Part shown: one piece after another, positions 30,129 to 38,615 of the stretch
Position numbering within the stretch: the stretch's first letter is position 1
Layout: the number at the start of each line of letters is the position of its first letter
Virus record (IMG/VR): IMGVR_UViG_3300021963_000007
Reading direction: 5' to 3' (one strand)
Length of the DNA stretch: 38,720 bases
Source of the DNA: a virus
Position numbers and translations under genes: made by a program
Notes under the pieces: generated by a model
The model's database searches: none
Told to the model about the DNA's origin: nothing
What the model saw: only the letters and a program-made list of their open reading frames with translations

Positions 30129-30515
30129 ATGAGGCTGTATCTGAAGACAATTGTGGGCCAGTTTGAGGTGACCGTAGACGCCGCGGACACCGCCGAGGCG
30201 CAGACCGCGGTGGACTGGCTGTATTCGCTTGAGGCGCAGGAGGAGCGCGCGGCTATTCGCGCGGAGTCCAGCCCAAGCAACTGCCTGCGACCGCCAGAGC
30301 CGCCGGAGACGCCGCCAGAGGCGACGCAGGAGCCGGACCCGTTTGTGGTCGAGCCCGCTACCGTCGAGCAGGCTGTGGACGCGGTGAAGGCCTACGCGGG
30401 CCAGCATGGCACGGTCAAGGCGCGCGAAATGATGGCCACGCTCGGCATCAAGCGCACCGCGGAAATTACTGACGAGCTGGTGCCTGCGGTCATCGCCGCC
30501 TGCGGAGGTGCGTGA
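30129..30515 (+). CDS. Hypothetical replication-module protein (128 aa)
   Basis: Track ORF with a GAGG Shine-Dalgarno sequence and a Pro/Glu-rich linker in the middle. Confidence 0.7.
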   Translation: MRLYLKTIVGQFEVTVDAADTAEAQTAVDWLYSLEAQEERAAIRAESSPSNCLRPPEPPETPPEATQEPDPFVVEPATVEQAVDAVKAYAGQHGTVKAREMMATLGIKRTAEITDELVPAVIAACGGA

Positions 30516-31666
30516 TGGCGGTGCATTCGGAGTTTGGCGCATCAAGCGCTTACCGCTGGATGGCCTGCCCCGGCTCTGTGTCGATGAGCCGCGGCGTGCC
30601 CAACACCAGCAGCGTCTATGCCGAAGAGGGCACCGCCGCGCACGAGATGGGCGAGTTGGCCATCAAGGCCGGCAAGCCGGCCTCGGCGTATGTCGGCGCG
30701 AAAGCATCGAACGGGGTCGAATACACCGAGGAGATGGCCGAGGCCGTGCAGGTCTACGTTGACTGGGCGCTCGGCATGGTGCAGGAAACCGACGACTGGG
30801 GCCTCGAACGCCGCGGCTCGCTGGAACGTCTGCACCCGCCGGCTCCGATGTTCGGGACCGCCGACTTCGTGCTCTACCGGCGCGCCGAGAAGCTGCTGGT
30901 GATCGGGGACTACAAGCACGGCCAAGGCGTGCCGGTCGAGGTGGCCAACAATTCGCAGCTTCGCTACTACGCTCTGGCGCAGTTGCTGGGGCTGCCAGAC
31001 GACTCGCCGTGCGACCGGGTAGACGCCTATATCATCCAGCCGCGAGCGCCGCACGCGGACGGCCCGGTGCGCTGCGAATCGTTCCGCCCGGGGGACCTGC
31101 TGGATTACGCCGCGGACCTTATCGACGGGGTCGAGGCCGCGACGGCGCCAGACGCGAAGCTGGTGCCGGGCGGGCACTGCCGGTTCTGCCCCGCGCTGGC
31201 GCTGTGCCCGGCCAAACGTGACGCGGTGCTGTCCGCGGCGCAGGACGAGTTCAACCCGCCCGCGCTGCGCGATGTGCGGTTGCTGAGCGCAGAGCAGGTC
31301 GGTGAGCTGCTGGCTCGCGCGGGGGAGCTCGACAACTGGGTGACCGCGCTGCGCGCCCAAGCGCAGGAGCTGCTGGCGGCCGGGAAGACAGTCCCGGGCT
31401 GGAAGCTGGTTGCTAAGCGCGCCATCCGCAAATGGTCCTGCGACCCGGAGACCGTAGCGGCCCGCCTGCCCGGCGCCGATATTTGGGAGGCGCCGGCAAT
31501 CAAGAGCCCGGCGCAGATCGAGAAACTGGTCGGGAAGAAAAACTTCCCGGCAGATTTGGTGGCGGCGGTCTCCAGCGGTGAAACGCTGGCCCCCGCGGCC
31601 GACAAACGACCCGCTGTGGTCGCCACTACCGCGGCCGATGATTTTGCCGCAATCGAGAAAAACTAG
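30515..31666 (+). CDS. PD-(D/E)XK nuclease, Cas4-like/DUF2800-type (383 aa; alternative GTG start 30512)
   Basis: Frame of track ORF 30512..31666, with GGAGG 6 nt before ATG 30515. Motifs: RWMACPGS, IGDYKHGQG (D-x-K), and the C-terminal Cys triad GGHCRFCPALALCP. Together these give the four-Cys pattern of Cas4/AddB-type nucleases. Confidence 0.75.
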   Translation: MAVHSEFGASSAYRWMACPGSVSMSRGVPNTSSVYAEEGTAAHEMGELAIKAGKPASAYVGAKASNGVEYTEEMAEAVQVYVDWALGMVQETDDWGLERRGSLERLHPPAPMFGTADFVLYRRAEKLLVIGDYKHGQGVPVEVANNSQLRYYALAQLLGLPDDSPCDRVDAYIIQPRAPHADGPVRCESFRPGDLLDYAADLIDGVEAATAPDAKLVPGGHCRFCPALALCPAKRDAVLSAAQDEFNPPALRDVRLLSAEQVGELLARAGELDNWVTALRAQAQELLAAGKTVPGWKLVAKRAIRKWSCDPETVAARLPGADIWEAPAIKSPAQIEKLVGKKNFPADLVAAVSSGETLAPAADKRPAVVATTAADDFAAIEKN

Positions 31667-31675
31667 GAGACGTTT

Positions 31676-32218
31676 ATGAGCAAGGTAATCACCCCGCGGG
31701 CGCGCTTGAGCTACCCGCACCTGTTCGAGCCCCAGACCCCGCCCGGGTCCTCCACGCCGGTCTATTCGTGCGCTTTGGTGTTCGAGCCCGGCGCCGACCT
31801 GAGCGCGCTGCGCGCTGCGGCCGACGAGGCCGGCAAGGAGCATTGGGGCGCCAAGTGGGCCGAGATGGTCAAAACGGGCAAGGCCCGCCTGCCGTTCCGC
31901 GAGGACGGTGTCGACAAGGGCTACGAACAGGGCAGCGTGTTCTTGAACGTCAAGAGCCAGCAGCGGCCGGGCGTTGTGTCGATTTACGCGGGCCCGGATG
32001 GGCGCCCGCAGCCAATCGAGAACGCGGCCGATGTGTACGCGGGCTGCTACGTCCGCGCTAGCCTGCGCCCGTTCCCGTACGACAAAAACGGGAACAAGGG
32101 GGTCAGCTTCGCGCTCGGCAATCTGCAAAAGATTGGCGACGGCGAGCGGCTTGACGGCCGCGCCCGAGCGCAGGACGAGTTCGAGGCCGAGGCCGGGGAG
32201 TCACTCGACGACCTGTAA
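31676..32218 (+). CDS. DUF2815-like protein (putative ssDNA-binding), 180 aa
   Basis: Track ORF with a GGAG Shine-Dalgarno sequence. The N-terminal ITPRARLSYPHLFEP pattern and an acidic C-terminal tail (DEFEAEAGESLDDL) are as in phage SSB-like proteins that accompany DUF2800 and PolA. Family name from memory. Confidence 0.6.
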   Translation: MSKVITPRARLSYPHLFEPQTPPGSSTPVYSCALVFEPGADLSALRAAADEAGKEHWGAKWAEMVKTGKARLPFREDGVDKGYEQGSVFLNVKSQQRPGVVSIYAGPDGRPQPIENAADVYAGCYVRASLRPFPYDKNGNKGVSFALGNLQKIGDGERLDGRARAQDEFEAEAGESLDDL

Positions 32219-32272
32219 ACCATTCGGCGCGGCGGCCATCGCGGTCGCCGCGTCCCAACCGAGGACACGAGA

Positions 32273-32752
32273 ATGCCAGCACATCACAAACGCAGCGAGA
32301 CCGGAGTGGCCGCTGCGAATCCGCACAGCGGGCCCAGAGGCGGCGACGCCAGCTATCGGGCCTACTTCCAGACCGCCGAGCAATTCCAAGCCGCGATGAC
32401 CTTGGCCGCCCGACTTGAGGCCAAGGGCATGCCCCGCCGCGCGTGGCGGGTCCGGCTGAATCTTGATGGCCAGCAGCCGGTGTATTGCGCGCCGAAGGAC
32501 GACGAGGAAGACGATGCCGAGGACGAGAATGGCACCGCGCAACGCCCCGTCCGCACAATGTCTCTCGAGCTACTGCTGGAAGCGCAGGCCGAAATCAAGA
32601 AGCTGATAAAAAAGAGCCAACTATCTCACCGAAAACTTTCGGCTGAGCTCGGCGTTTCGCAGCAAACAGTCTCAAGTTGGAACAAAGGCGGATACATCGG
32701 CAAAGACTCGTTTGAAAAACTCAAAAAGTTCGTGGAGAGCATGAAGAAATGA
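32273..32752 (+). CDS. Two-part protein (159 aa): GC-rich N-terminal half, acidic linker, lower-GC C-terminal XRE-type HTH
   Basis: Track ORF. The variant motif CCGAGGACACG (32259-32269) sits 3 nt before the ATG. The C-terminal SQLSHRKLSAELGVSQQTVSSWNKGG is a canonical HTH. Confidence 0.65.
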   Translation: MPAHHKRSETGVAAANPHSGPRGGDASYRAYFQTAEQFQAAMTLAARLEAKGMPRRAWRVRLNLDGQQPVYCAPKDDEEDDAEDENGTAQRPVRTMSLELLLEAQAEIKKLIKKSQLSHRKLSAELGVSQQTVSSWNKGGYIGKDSFEKLKKFVESMKK

Positions 32753-33036
32753 GCAGACGTGCGACAGATTATTTAGCGCAAGCGAAGGCTGAAATGGAGG
32801 ACCGCGCGGCCAGCCGAGACACGCCAACCGGAGAGCGCTCGATGGCCAGAGCCGTGGCAGCTTTTAACACTCTCTACAATCATGATCTGACCGAGACAGA
32901 GGGCTGGCAGTTTATGTCCATTCTCAAAAAGGCGCGGGGCGCGCAGGGCGCATATCGGGAAGACGACTACATCGACGATGTCGCGTACGCAGCGCTTGCA
33001 GCCGAAAGCGCCAGCGGCGCAAGGGGGGAGAAATGA
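32749..33036 (+). CDS. Small conserved phage protein (95 aa; resembles the family I recall as DUF6378)
   Basis: Track ORF with an ATGA overlap. Characteristic pattern: ERSMARAVAAFNTLYNHDLTETEGWQFMSILKKAR...DDYIDDVAYAAL. Confidence 0.65.
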   Translation: MSRRATDYLAQAKAEMEDRAASRDTPTGERSMARAVAAFNTLYNHDLTETEGWQFMSILKKARGAQGAYREDDYIDDVAYAALAAESASGARGEK

Positions 33037-33197
33037 GAAACCGATACCCGGGCCAATGCTATGCCTGTGGTGCGACGGTCGAGAGGGGAGCTGGGCATTT
33101 TGAGCGCCACCTTGGCGGCTGGCGAACAATCCATGCGCCGTGCGCTATCAAGCAGCGGGCCGACAAAAACAAATCCGCGAAAGGGGGGAAGATATGA
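33033..33197 (+). CDS. Small zinc-ribbon-like protein (54 aa)
   Basis: Not in the track. Hand translation gives MRNRYPGQCYACGATVERGAGHFERHLGGWRTIHAPCAIKQRADKNKSAKGGKI. It has ATGA overlaps at both ends and AAGGGGGGAG upstream. Confidence 0.6.
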   Translation: MRNRYPGQCYACGATVERGAGHFERHLGGWRTIHAPCAIKQRADKNKSAKGGKI

Positions 33198-33367
33198 CAC
33201 GCGAAGAAATCATCCGGTTGGCGCGGGATGCTGGGTTTGATGCCCACGACATGTCCTCCGACTTTACCTGCAATTTGCAGGACATTGAACGCCTCGCCGC
33301 CCTTGTCGCCGCTGCCGAAAGGCAGGCGTTGAAAGAGGAGCAGCAACGCTGCTATGTCGCCAAATGA
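33194..33367 (+). CDS. Mini-protein, ERE-CA family member a (57 aa)
   Basis: In-frame ATG 33194 of track ORF 33140..33367, starting MTREEIIRLARDAGFD and containing LVAAAERQ. AAAGGGGGGAAG lies upstream. Confidence 0.6.
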   Translation: MTREEIIRLARDAGFDAHDMSSDFTCNLQDIERLAALVAAAERQALKEEQQRCYVAK

Positions 33368-33612
33368 ACCTTGAACAAATTGAAGAAATCATCGCTAAGA
33401 ATCTTACGATAACTGACCAACGTCTGATGGATGGAGTCATTGGCGCAGTGATGGATGCAGTCGCTGCCGAGCGCGAAGCGTGTGCGGGGATTTGCGACCG
33501 CCTAGAGCGGCGCTATGGGGGCAGCCCGGAACTTGAGCATTGGGCGCAGGGGTTCAAAAAAGGCGCATGTGTTAGCGCGGCGAAAATCCGCGCAAGGGGG
33601 AAAAATGTGTAA
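33364..33612 (+). CDS. Mini-protein, ERE-CA family member b (82 aa)
   Basis: Track ORF with an ATGA overlap. It contains AVAAEREACAGICD and ends AAKIRARGKNV. Confidence 0.65.
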   Translation: MNLEQIEEIIAKNLTITDQRLMDGVIGAVMDAVAAEREACAGICDRLERRYGGSPELEHWAQGFKKGACVSAAKIRARGKNV

Positions 33613-33757
33613 AAAACTGAGGGAAGCGGCGCAACACTTAATTAAGTGTTGGGATGACGAGGAAACGGCGACCAAGATCTTTGACGCCATAAACGCGCTG
33701 CGCGGCGCAGTGGCAGACGACAAAGAAAAGGCGATTCGCGCAAGGGGGCAGGAATGA
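33605..33757 (+). CDS. Mini-protein (50 aa) ending KAIRARGQE
   Basis: In-frame ATG 33605 of track ORF 33515..33757, with GCAAGGGGGAAAA upstream and an 8-nt overlap with the previous gene. Confidence 0.5.
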   Translation: MCKKLREAAQHLIKCWDDEETATKIFDAINALRGAVADDKEKAIRARGQE

Positions 33758-34092
33758 CTAGGGAAGAGATTTGTCAGCGTCTGGGCTGGATGACGTTGCC
33801 GAAAACGTCGGAAATGCTTGGGAAAACTCAGCACTCCGACATGTTAGACCGAATCGAAAAAATTGTGGAAGCGGCGGTGCTGGCCGAGCAGCAAGAAAAT
33901 TGCCCTATTTGCGAATGCGATTACCGGCAGAAAAATCTGGCGGCGGCGGTGCTGGCCGAGCGCGAGGCGTGCGCGAAGGCTGCGGAAGGCTACGCAGACT
34001 TTCAACTGCAACTGGGCGACGACCTCGCCCAGTGGAGGGCAATCGGCGCGTTGGCCGTGATGGCAGCAATTAGCGAAAGGGGGCAGGAATGA
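33754..34092 (+). CDS. Mini-protein, ERE-CA family member c (112 aa)
   Basis: Track ORF with an ATGA overlap. It starts MTREEI, contains AAVLAEREACAKAAE, and ends AAISERGQE. Confidence 0.65.
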   Translation: MTREEICQRLGWMTLPKTSEMLGKTQHSDMLDRIEKIVEAAVLAEQQENCPICECDYRQKNLAAAVLAEREACAKAAEGYADFQLQLGDDLAQWRAIGALAVMAAISERGQE

Positions 34093-34277
34093 ACCGCGAC
34101 GTCTGCGGCCAATGCGACGCGCCGGTTGAGTTGTGCCGGTGCGCCGCGCTGGTCGCTGCCGCCGAGCGCAAGGAGAGGGAGCGTTGCGCAAAAATCTGCG
34201 AGCAGCTACAGGACTGGCCCGAGGGCGCAACGCCATATGACTGCGCCAAAGCGATCCGCGCGGGGCGGCCGGTATGA
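34089..34277 (+). CDS. Mini-protein, ERE-CA family member d (62 aa)
   Basis: Track ORF with an ATGA overlap. It contains LVAAAERKERERCAKICE and ends CAKAIRAGRPV. Confidence 0.65.
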   Translation: MNRDVCGQCDAPVELCRCAALVAAAERKERERCAKICEQLQDWPEGATPYDCAKAIRAGRPV

Positions 34278-36217
34278 TCAGCATCGACTTCGAGACCCGG
34301 AGCTGTAGCGACCTGCGCGCGGTCGGCGTGTACCGCTACACCGAAGACCCTACTACCGATGTCTGGTGTATGGCCTACCGGCTGCCCTTCGATGATGAGG
34401 TTCGCGAGTGGCGCCCCGGCATCAGCGGCTGGGACGTGGAGCTGCTGTCGTTAATCGCGCAGGGCGTGCCAATGCGAGCGTGGAACGCCGGGTTCGAGCG
34501 GCGCATCTGGGACCGGATTATGGTCCCGCGCTATCGATTCCCGGCCATCCCGCGCGAGCAGTGGTACTGCACGGCCGCGGATGCGCGAGCGATGGCGCTG
34601 CCCAACAAACTCGGCGACGCTGCTAAGGTGCTGGGCGTCTTGGACCAGAAGGACGGCAGCGGCCAGCGGCTGATGTTGCAAATGTGCCGGCCGCGGTTGA
34701 TAGCCGACAGCGGCCCGGTCTGGTGGCATCAGCGGGAAAAAGTCAGCGCGCTAGTCGAGTACTGCAAACAGGACGTGCGCACCGAGAGCGCTTGCGCGCA
34801 GGTCATCCCGGAGCTGCCGCCGCTGAGCCGCGAGGTGTACCTGCTCGACCAGACGATCAACGACCGCGGTATCCTGCTGGACCGTGAGCTCGCGCAAGCC
34901 GCGCAAAAGATGGCCGAGCAGGCTACCGACCTCGCCGACGCCGCGATGCGTCAGGCAACAAACAACGCGGTCAGCGCGGTCACCAGCGCGGCGCAGCTCA
35001 CCGCGTGGCTGCGCGAGAGCGGGCTAGAGACTCCGGGCGTCGACAAACTTAACGTCAGCCGCATGCTGGAGCTGCCAGACCTGCTGCCAGAGCAGGAGAC
35101 AGCGCTGCGCCTGCGCGAGGAGTTTGGCCGGTCGTCGGTGGCCAAGGTCAACACGATGCTGGAGTGCGTCTGCGAGGACGGGCGCCTGCGGGGCCTGATG
35201 ATGTTCCACGGCGCCTCCACCGGGCGCTGGTCTGGCCAGCTCGTGCAGCCGCAGAACTTCCCGCGCGGTGCAGTCAACAAGCCCGAGCGTTTTATCCCCG
35301 ACGTGCTAGCCGGAGACATCGACGGCATCGACGTTCACTATCCGGTGCTGGAGGTGCTGTCGTCGATGCTGCGGCCGATGATGATGGCCGCGCCGGGGCA
35401 TCTGCTGGTGGCTGCGGACTACGCTGCCATCGAGGCCCGGGTGCTGGCGTGGCTGGCCGGGGAGGATGCGCTCTTGCAGACGTTTGCGGATGGTGGCGAC
35501 GTGTATCGGGAGATGGGTTCCCGCATCTACGCCAAGCCGGCGGACCGCATCACAAAGGGCGAACGGCAGCTTGCCAAGATGGCCGTGCTGGGCCTTGGGT
35601 ATGGCATGGGCCACGTCAAGTTTCGCGATTCCTGCGGCGCCCAGAACGTCGACATCGATGCAGAAGAGGCCAAGCGTGTCGTGGATGTGTATCGAGGCTC
35701 GAACACGGCAATCACGCGGCTCTGGAAGCAGATGGAGCAGGCTTGTGTCGCGGCGATGGAAAGCCCGGGCGCGGTGTACCGCGTCGGAGACAAGGTCCGG
35801 TTTCAGTTCCGGGACCGATTCCTGCGCATGGAGCTGCCGTCCGGGCGCGCGCTGGCCTACGCCAAACCGGCGCTGGTGGACCGCGCCACCCCGTGGGGCT
35901 CGACCCAGCCGGCGGTGCGCGTCTGGGGCGTCAATTCGGTAACTCGGCAGTGGGCCCCGCGCGATCTGTACAGTGGGCTGCTGGTCGAAAACGCGGTGCA
36001 GGCCATCGCGGCGGATCTGCTTTGGCATGCAATGCTGACGACAGAAAAGGCCGGCATGCCGGTCGTGCTGTCGGTACACGACGAAATTGTTTGCGAGGTC
36101 CCAGAAGAACAGGCATCAGTGCCGGCTCTGGAAGATGCGATGTGTGATGCGCCATTATGGGCATCCGGGCTGCCGCTGGCGGCCGAGGGTTGGAAAGGGC
36201 AACGATACAGAAAGTGA
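34274..36217 (+). CDS. Family A DNA polymerase with a 3'-5' exonuclease domain (647 aa)
   Basis: Track ORF. Exo I is ISIDFETRS, motif A is DYAAIEARVLAWLAGE, motif B is RQLAKMAVLGLGYGMG, and motif C is VLSVHDEIVCEV. Confidence 0.9.
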   Translation: MISIDFETRSCSDLRAVGVYRYTEDPTTDVWCMAYRLPFDDEVREWRPGISGWDVELLSLIAQGVPMRAWNAGFERRIWDRIMVPRYRFPAIPREQWYCTAADARAMALPNKLGDAAKVLGVLDQKDGSGQRLMLQMCRPRLIADSGPVWWHQREKVSALVEYCKQDVRTESACAQVIPELPPLSREVYLLDQTINDRGILLDRELAQAAQKMAEQATDLADAAMRQATNNAVSAVTSAAQLTAWLRESGLETPGVDKLNVSRMLELPDLLPEQETALRLREEFGRSSVAKVNTMLECVCEDGRLRGLMMFHGASTGRWSGQLVQPQNFPRGAVNKPERFIPDVLAGDIDGIDVHYPVLEVLSSMLRPMMMAAPGHLLVAADYAAIEARVLAWLAGEDALLQTFADGGDVYREMGSRIYAKPADRITKGERQLAKMAVLGLGYGMGHVKFRDSCGAQNVDIDAEEAKRVVDVYRGSNTAITRLWKQMEQACVAAMESPGAVYRVGDKVRFQFRDRFLRMELPSGRALAYAKPALVDRATPWGSTQPAVRVWGVNSVTRQWAPRDLYSGLLVENAVQAIAADLLWHAMLTTEKAGMPVVLSVHDEIVCEVPEEQASVPALEDAMCDAPLWASGLPLAAEGWKGQRYRK

Positions 36218-36224
36218 GGGGAAC

Positions 36225-38615
36225 GTGAGAGCAGAACAACTATTTTCGGCGGGGTTTACGGACCTCGTCAGCGTGGCGCCTCCGGGCGCCGCGTTGTCTC
36301 CGGCTAGCAATATCAAGCCGGATGCGCTGGGCAAGGCGCCAGCGCGATTGGGTGGCGCGGGGTGGGCCGGGTACGACTGGCGCCGCGCCGAGGTGCGTCT
36401 GTCCGATGCGCAGACGATGGACCGCACCGGGGCCAGCATCGGCCTGCGGGCGCGGACCTATCCGGCGCTCGACATCGATGTGCTGGACGAGGACCTCGCC
36501 GCGGTCGTCGAGCGGCTCGCGTTGGAGATACTGGGGCCGGCGCCCTGTCGGATCGGACGCGCCCCCAAGCGGCTGCTGGCCTACCGCTGCTCGACACCGT
36601 TCGGCCGGATGCGGCTGTGGCTGACTGAGGATAGCGGCAAGCGGCATCTGGTCGAGATGCTGGCCGATGGGCAGCAGTACGTCATCGCGGGCACACACGC
36701 CACCACAGGCCGCCCCTACGAGTGGGACGCGGACTTGTGCGAGCTGAGCCCAATGGGCCTGCGCGAGGTCGACCGGGACAAGGTGCAGGCATTCTTTGCC
36801 GCGCTTGAGTCCGAGGTGGATTTTCTGGGGCTCAAGGTCGAGCGAGAGGGCACGGGTGCGGTGGCGATGGCTGGGGATGCGCCTGCGCAGGACTCACTGC
36901 GCGCGCCGTCTCTGGACCTGCTGGCGAGCGCTGTGGCGGCCATGCCCAACGATGCCGCCAACTACGAGGAGTACATCGCGGTGGGCATCGCCATCAAGGC
37001 CGCGGGCGCGGCCGATGAGGGCGCCGCGTTGCAGGTCTATCAGGCATGGGCCGCGCGCTGGCCTGATGGAGACAATGACCCACAAAACGTGGCCCGGGAC
37101 TGGGCGCGCATGCGTTCGCCATACCGGATCGGATGGCAATGGGTGGCGGACCGCGCCGCGCGCTATGGCTGGAACGCGGCCGGGTGGGAGTTCCCGGTGG
37201 AGCCGATTGCGGACGAGGTCGAGAGCCGGGGCACGGTGGAGTACACCGACGCGGCGATGGCGGCGCGGATGGTGCTGGCGCACTCACACGAGGCCAAGCA
37301 CTGCGCCGCGCTGGGCGGCTGGCTGGTCTGGGACGGCTCGCGCTGGGCGCCGGACGAGACGCTGCTGGTGGCGGACTGGGCCGGGGCGCTGCTGCAAGAG
37401 GCCGCGCGCGAGGTGCTGGCCCGGGGCGACTACAAGGCCGAGCGCGCGACAAAGGTGGCCGAGCGGCTGTCGAGCGTGAGCTCGCGCAACAACTGCGAGG
37501 CCTATGCCCGAGCGGACCGCCGGGTGAATGTGCGGGCTGAGCAATTCGACGCGGACCCGATGCTGCTGAACACACCCGGCGGCATCGTGGACCTGCGCAC
37601 CGGGGTGCTGCGCGACCGACACCGGGGCGAGCTGGTGATGCGGGTGGCGGGCGCGGTGCCTGACCGCAAGACGCGGCCGGTGGCGTGGCTGGAGTTCCTG
37701 CGCTGGGCCACGGGCGAGGACGATGCGCTGCTGGGCTACCTGCGGCGGCTGATTGGGTACTGCCTGACCGGGCAGACGCACGAGCAGCACCTGTCGTTCC
37801 TGTTCGGCCCGGGCGGCACTGGCAAGTCGGTTTTTGCGGGGCTGGTGGCGTCGCTGCTGGGGGACTACGCGGTCAAGTCGCAGATGGAGACGTTTGTGGC
37901 TAGCACCGTGGACCGGCACCCGACTGAGCTGGCGCGGTTGCGCGGCGCGCGGTTGGTGTGGGCTAGCGAGACGCAGGACGGCCGGCGATGGGCCGAGGGT
38001 CGCGTCAAGGAATTGACGGGCGGCGAGCCGGTCACCGCGCGGTTCCTGCACCGCGACGAGTTCACCTATGTGCCGCAGTTCAAGCTGGTGTTTTTGGGCA
38101 ACCATCGCCCGGCCATTCGCAACGTCGAGAGCGGCATCAGGCGTCGGCTGCATGTGGTGCCGTTCATCCGGCCGCCTGCTGTGGTCGACCAGACGCTGCC
38201 AGAGCGGCTTAGGGCCGAGCTGCCGGCCATCATGGGCTGGGCGGTCGAGGCGTGCCTAGAGTGGCAGCGCGATGGTCTCCGGCCGCCGCAGGCGGTGCTC
38301 GACGCGACCGACGATTACTGCGAGGAGGAGGACGTGTTCGGGCGTTGGATCGACGACTGCTGCACGGCGGGGCCGGCAGAGTTCGCGACCATTCCCGAGC
38401 TGTTCGAGAGCTGGCGCGGCTGGGCGGTCGAGCAGGGCGAGTACGTTGGGAGCGCCAAGCGGTTGTCGGCCGCGCTCAAGCAGAGGGGATTGCAGGCCGT
38501 GCGGACGCGGGATGCGCGGGCGTTTGCGGGTCTGGCGGTGCGGCTGGGGCCGGGACAACTGGGCCGGGCGGCCGGTGTCGTGGTGCGTGGTGAGTTCGGT
38601 GTCGGTGGCGCGTGA
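36225..38615 (+). CDS. Primase-polymerase (AEP) fused to a P4/D5-type SF3 helicase (796 aa)
   Basis: In-frame GTG 36225 of track ORF 36087..38615, with GAGGGG 5 nt upstream, just after the polymerase stop. AEP motifs are ALDIDVLD and IAGTHATTGRPYEW. There is a central primase C-terminal-like region. Walker A is GPGGTGKS, and KLVFLGNHRP and RRRLHVVPF are typical of the P4-family primase C-terminal domain. Confidence 0.85.
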   Translation: MRAEQLFSAGFTDLVSVAPPGAALSPASNIKPDALGKAPARLGGAGWAGYDWRRAEVRLSDAQTMDRTGASIGLRARTYPALDIDVLDEDLAAVVERLALEILGPAPCRIGRAPKRLLAYRCSTPFGRMRLWLTEDSGKRHLVEMLADGQQYVIAGTHATTGRPYEWDADLCELSPMGLREVDRDKVQAFFAALESEVDFLGLKVEREGTGAVAMAGDAPAQDSLRAPSLDLLASAVAAMPNDAANYEEYIAVGIAIKAAGAADEGAALQVYQAWAARWPDGDNDPQNVARDWARMRSPYRIGWQWVADRAARYGWNAAGWEFPVEPIADEVESRGTVEYTDAAMAARMVLAHSHEAKHCAALGGWLVWDGSRWAPDETLLVADWAGALLQEAAREVLARGDYKAERATKVAERLSSVSSRNNCEAYARADRRVNVRAEQFDADPMLLNTPGGIVDLRTGVLRDRHRGELVMRVAGAVPDRKTRPVAWLEFLRWATGEDDALLGYLRRLIGYCLTGQTHEQHLSFLFGPGGTGKSVFAGLVASLLGDYAVKSQMETFVASTVDRHPTELARLRGARLVWASETQDGRRWAEGRVKELTGGEPVTARFLHRDEFTYVPQFKLVFLGNHRPAIRNVESGIRRRLHVVPFIRPPAVVDQTLPERLRAELPAIMGWAVEACLEWQRDGLRPPQAVLDATDDYCEEEDVFGRWIDDCCTAGPAEFATIPELFESWRGWAVEQGEYVGSAKRLSAALKQRGLQAVRTRDARAFAGLAVRLGPGQLGRAAGVVVRGEFGVGGA

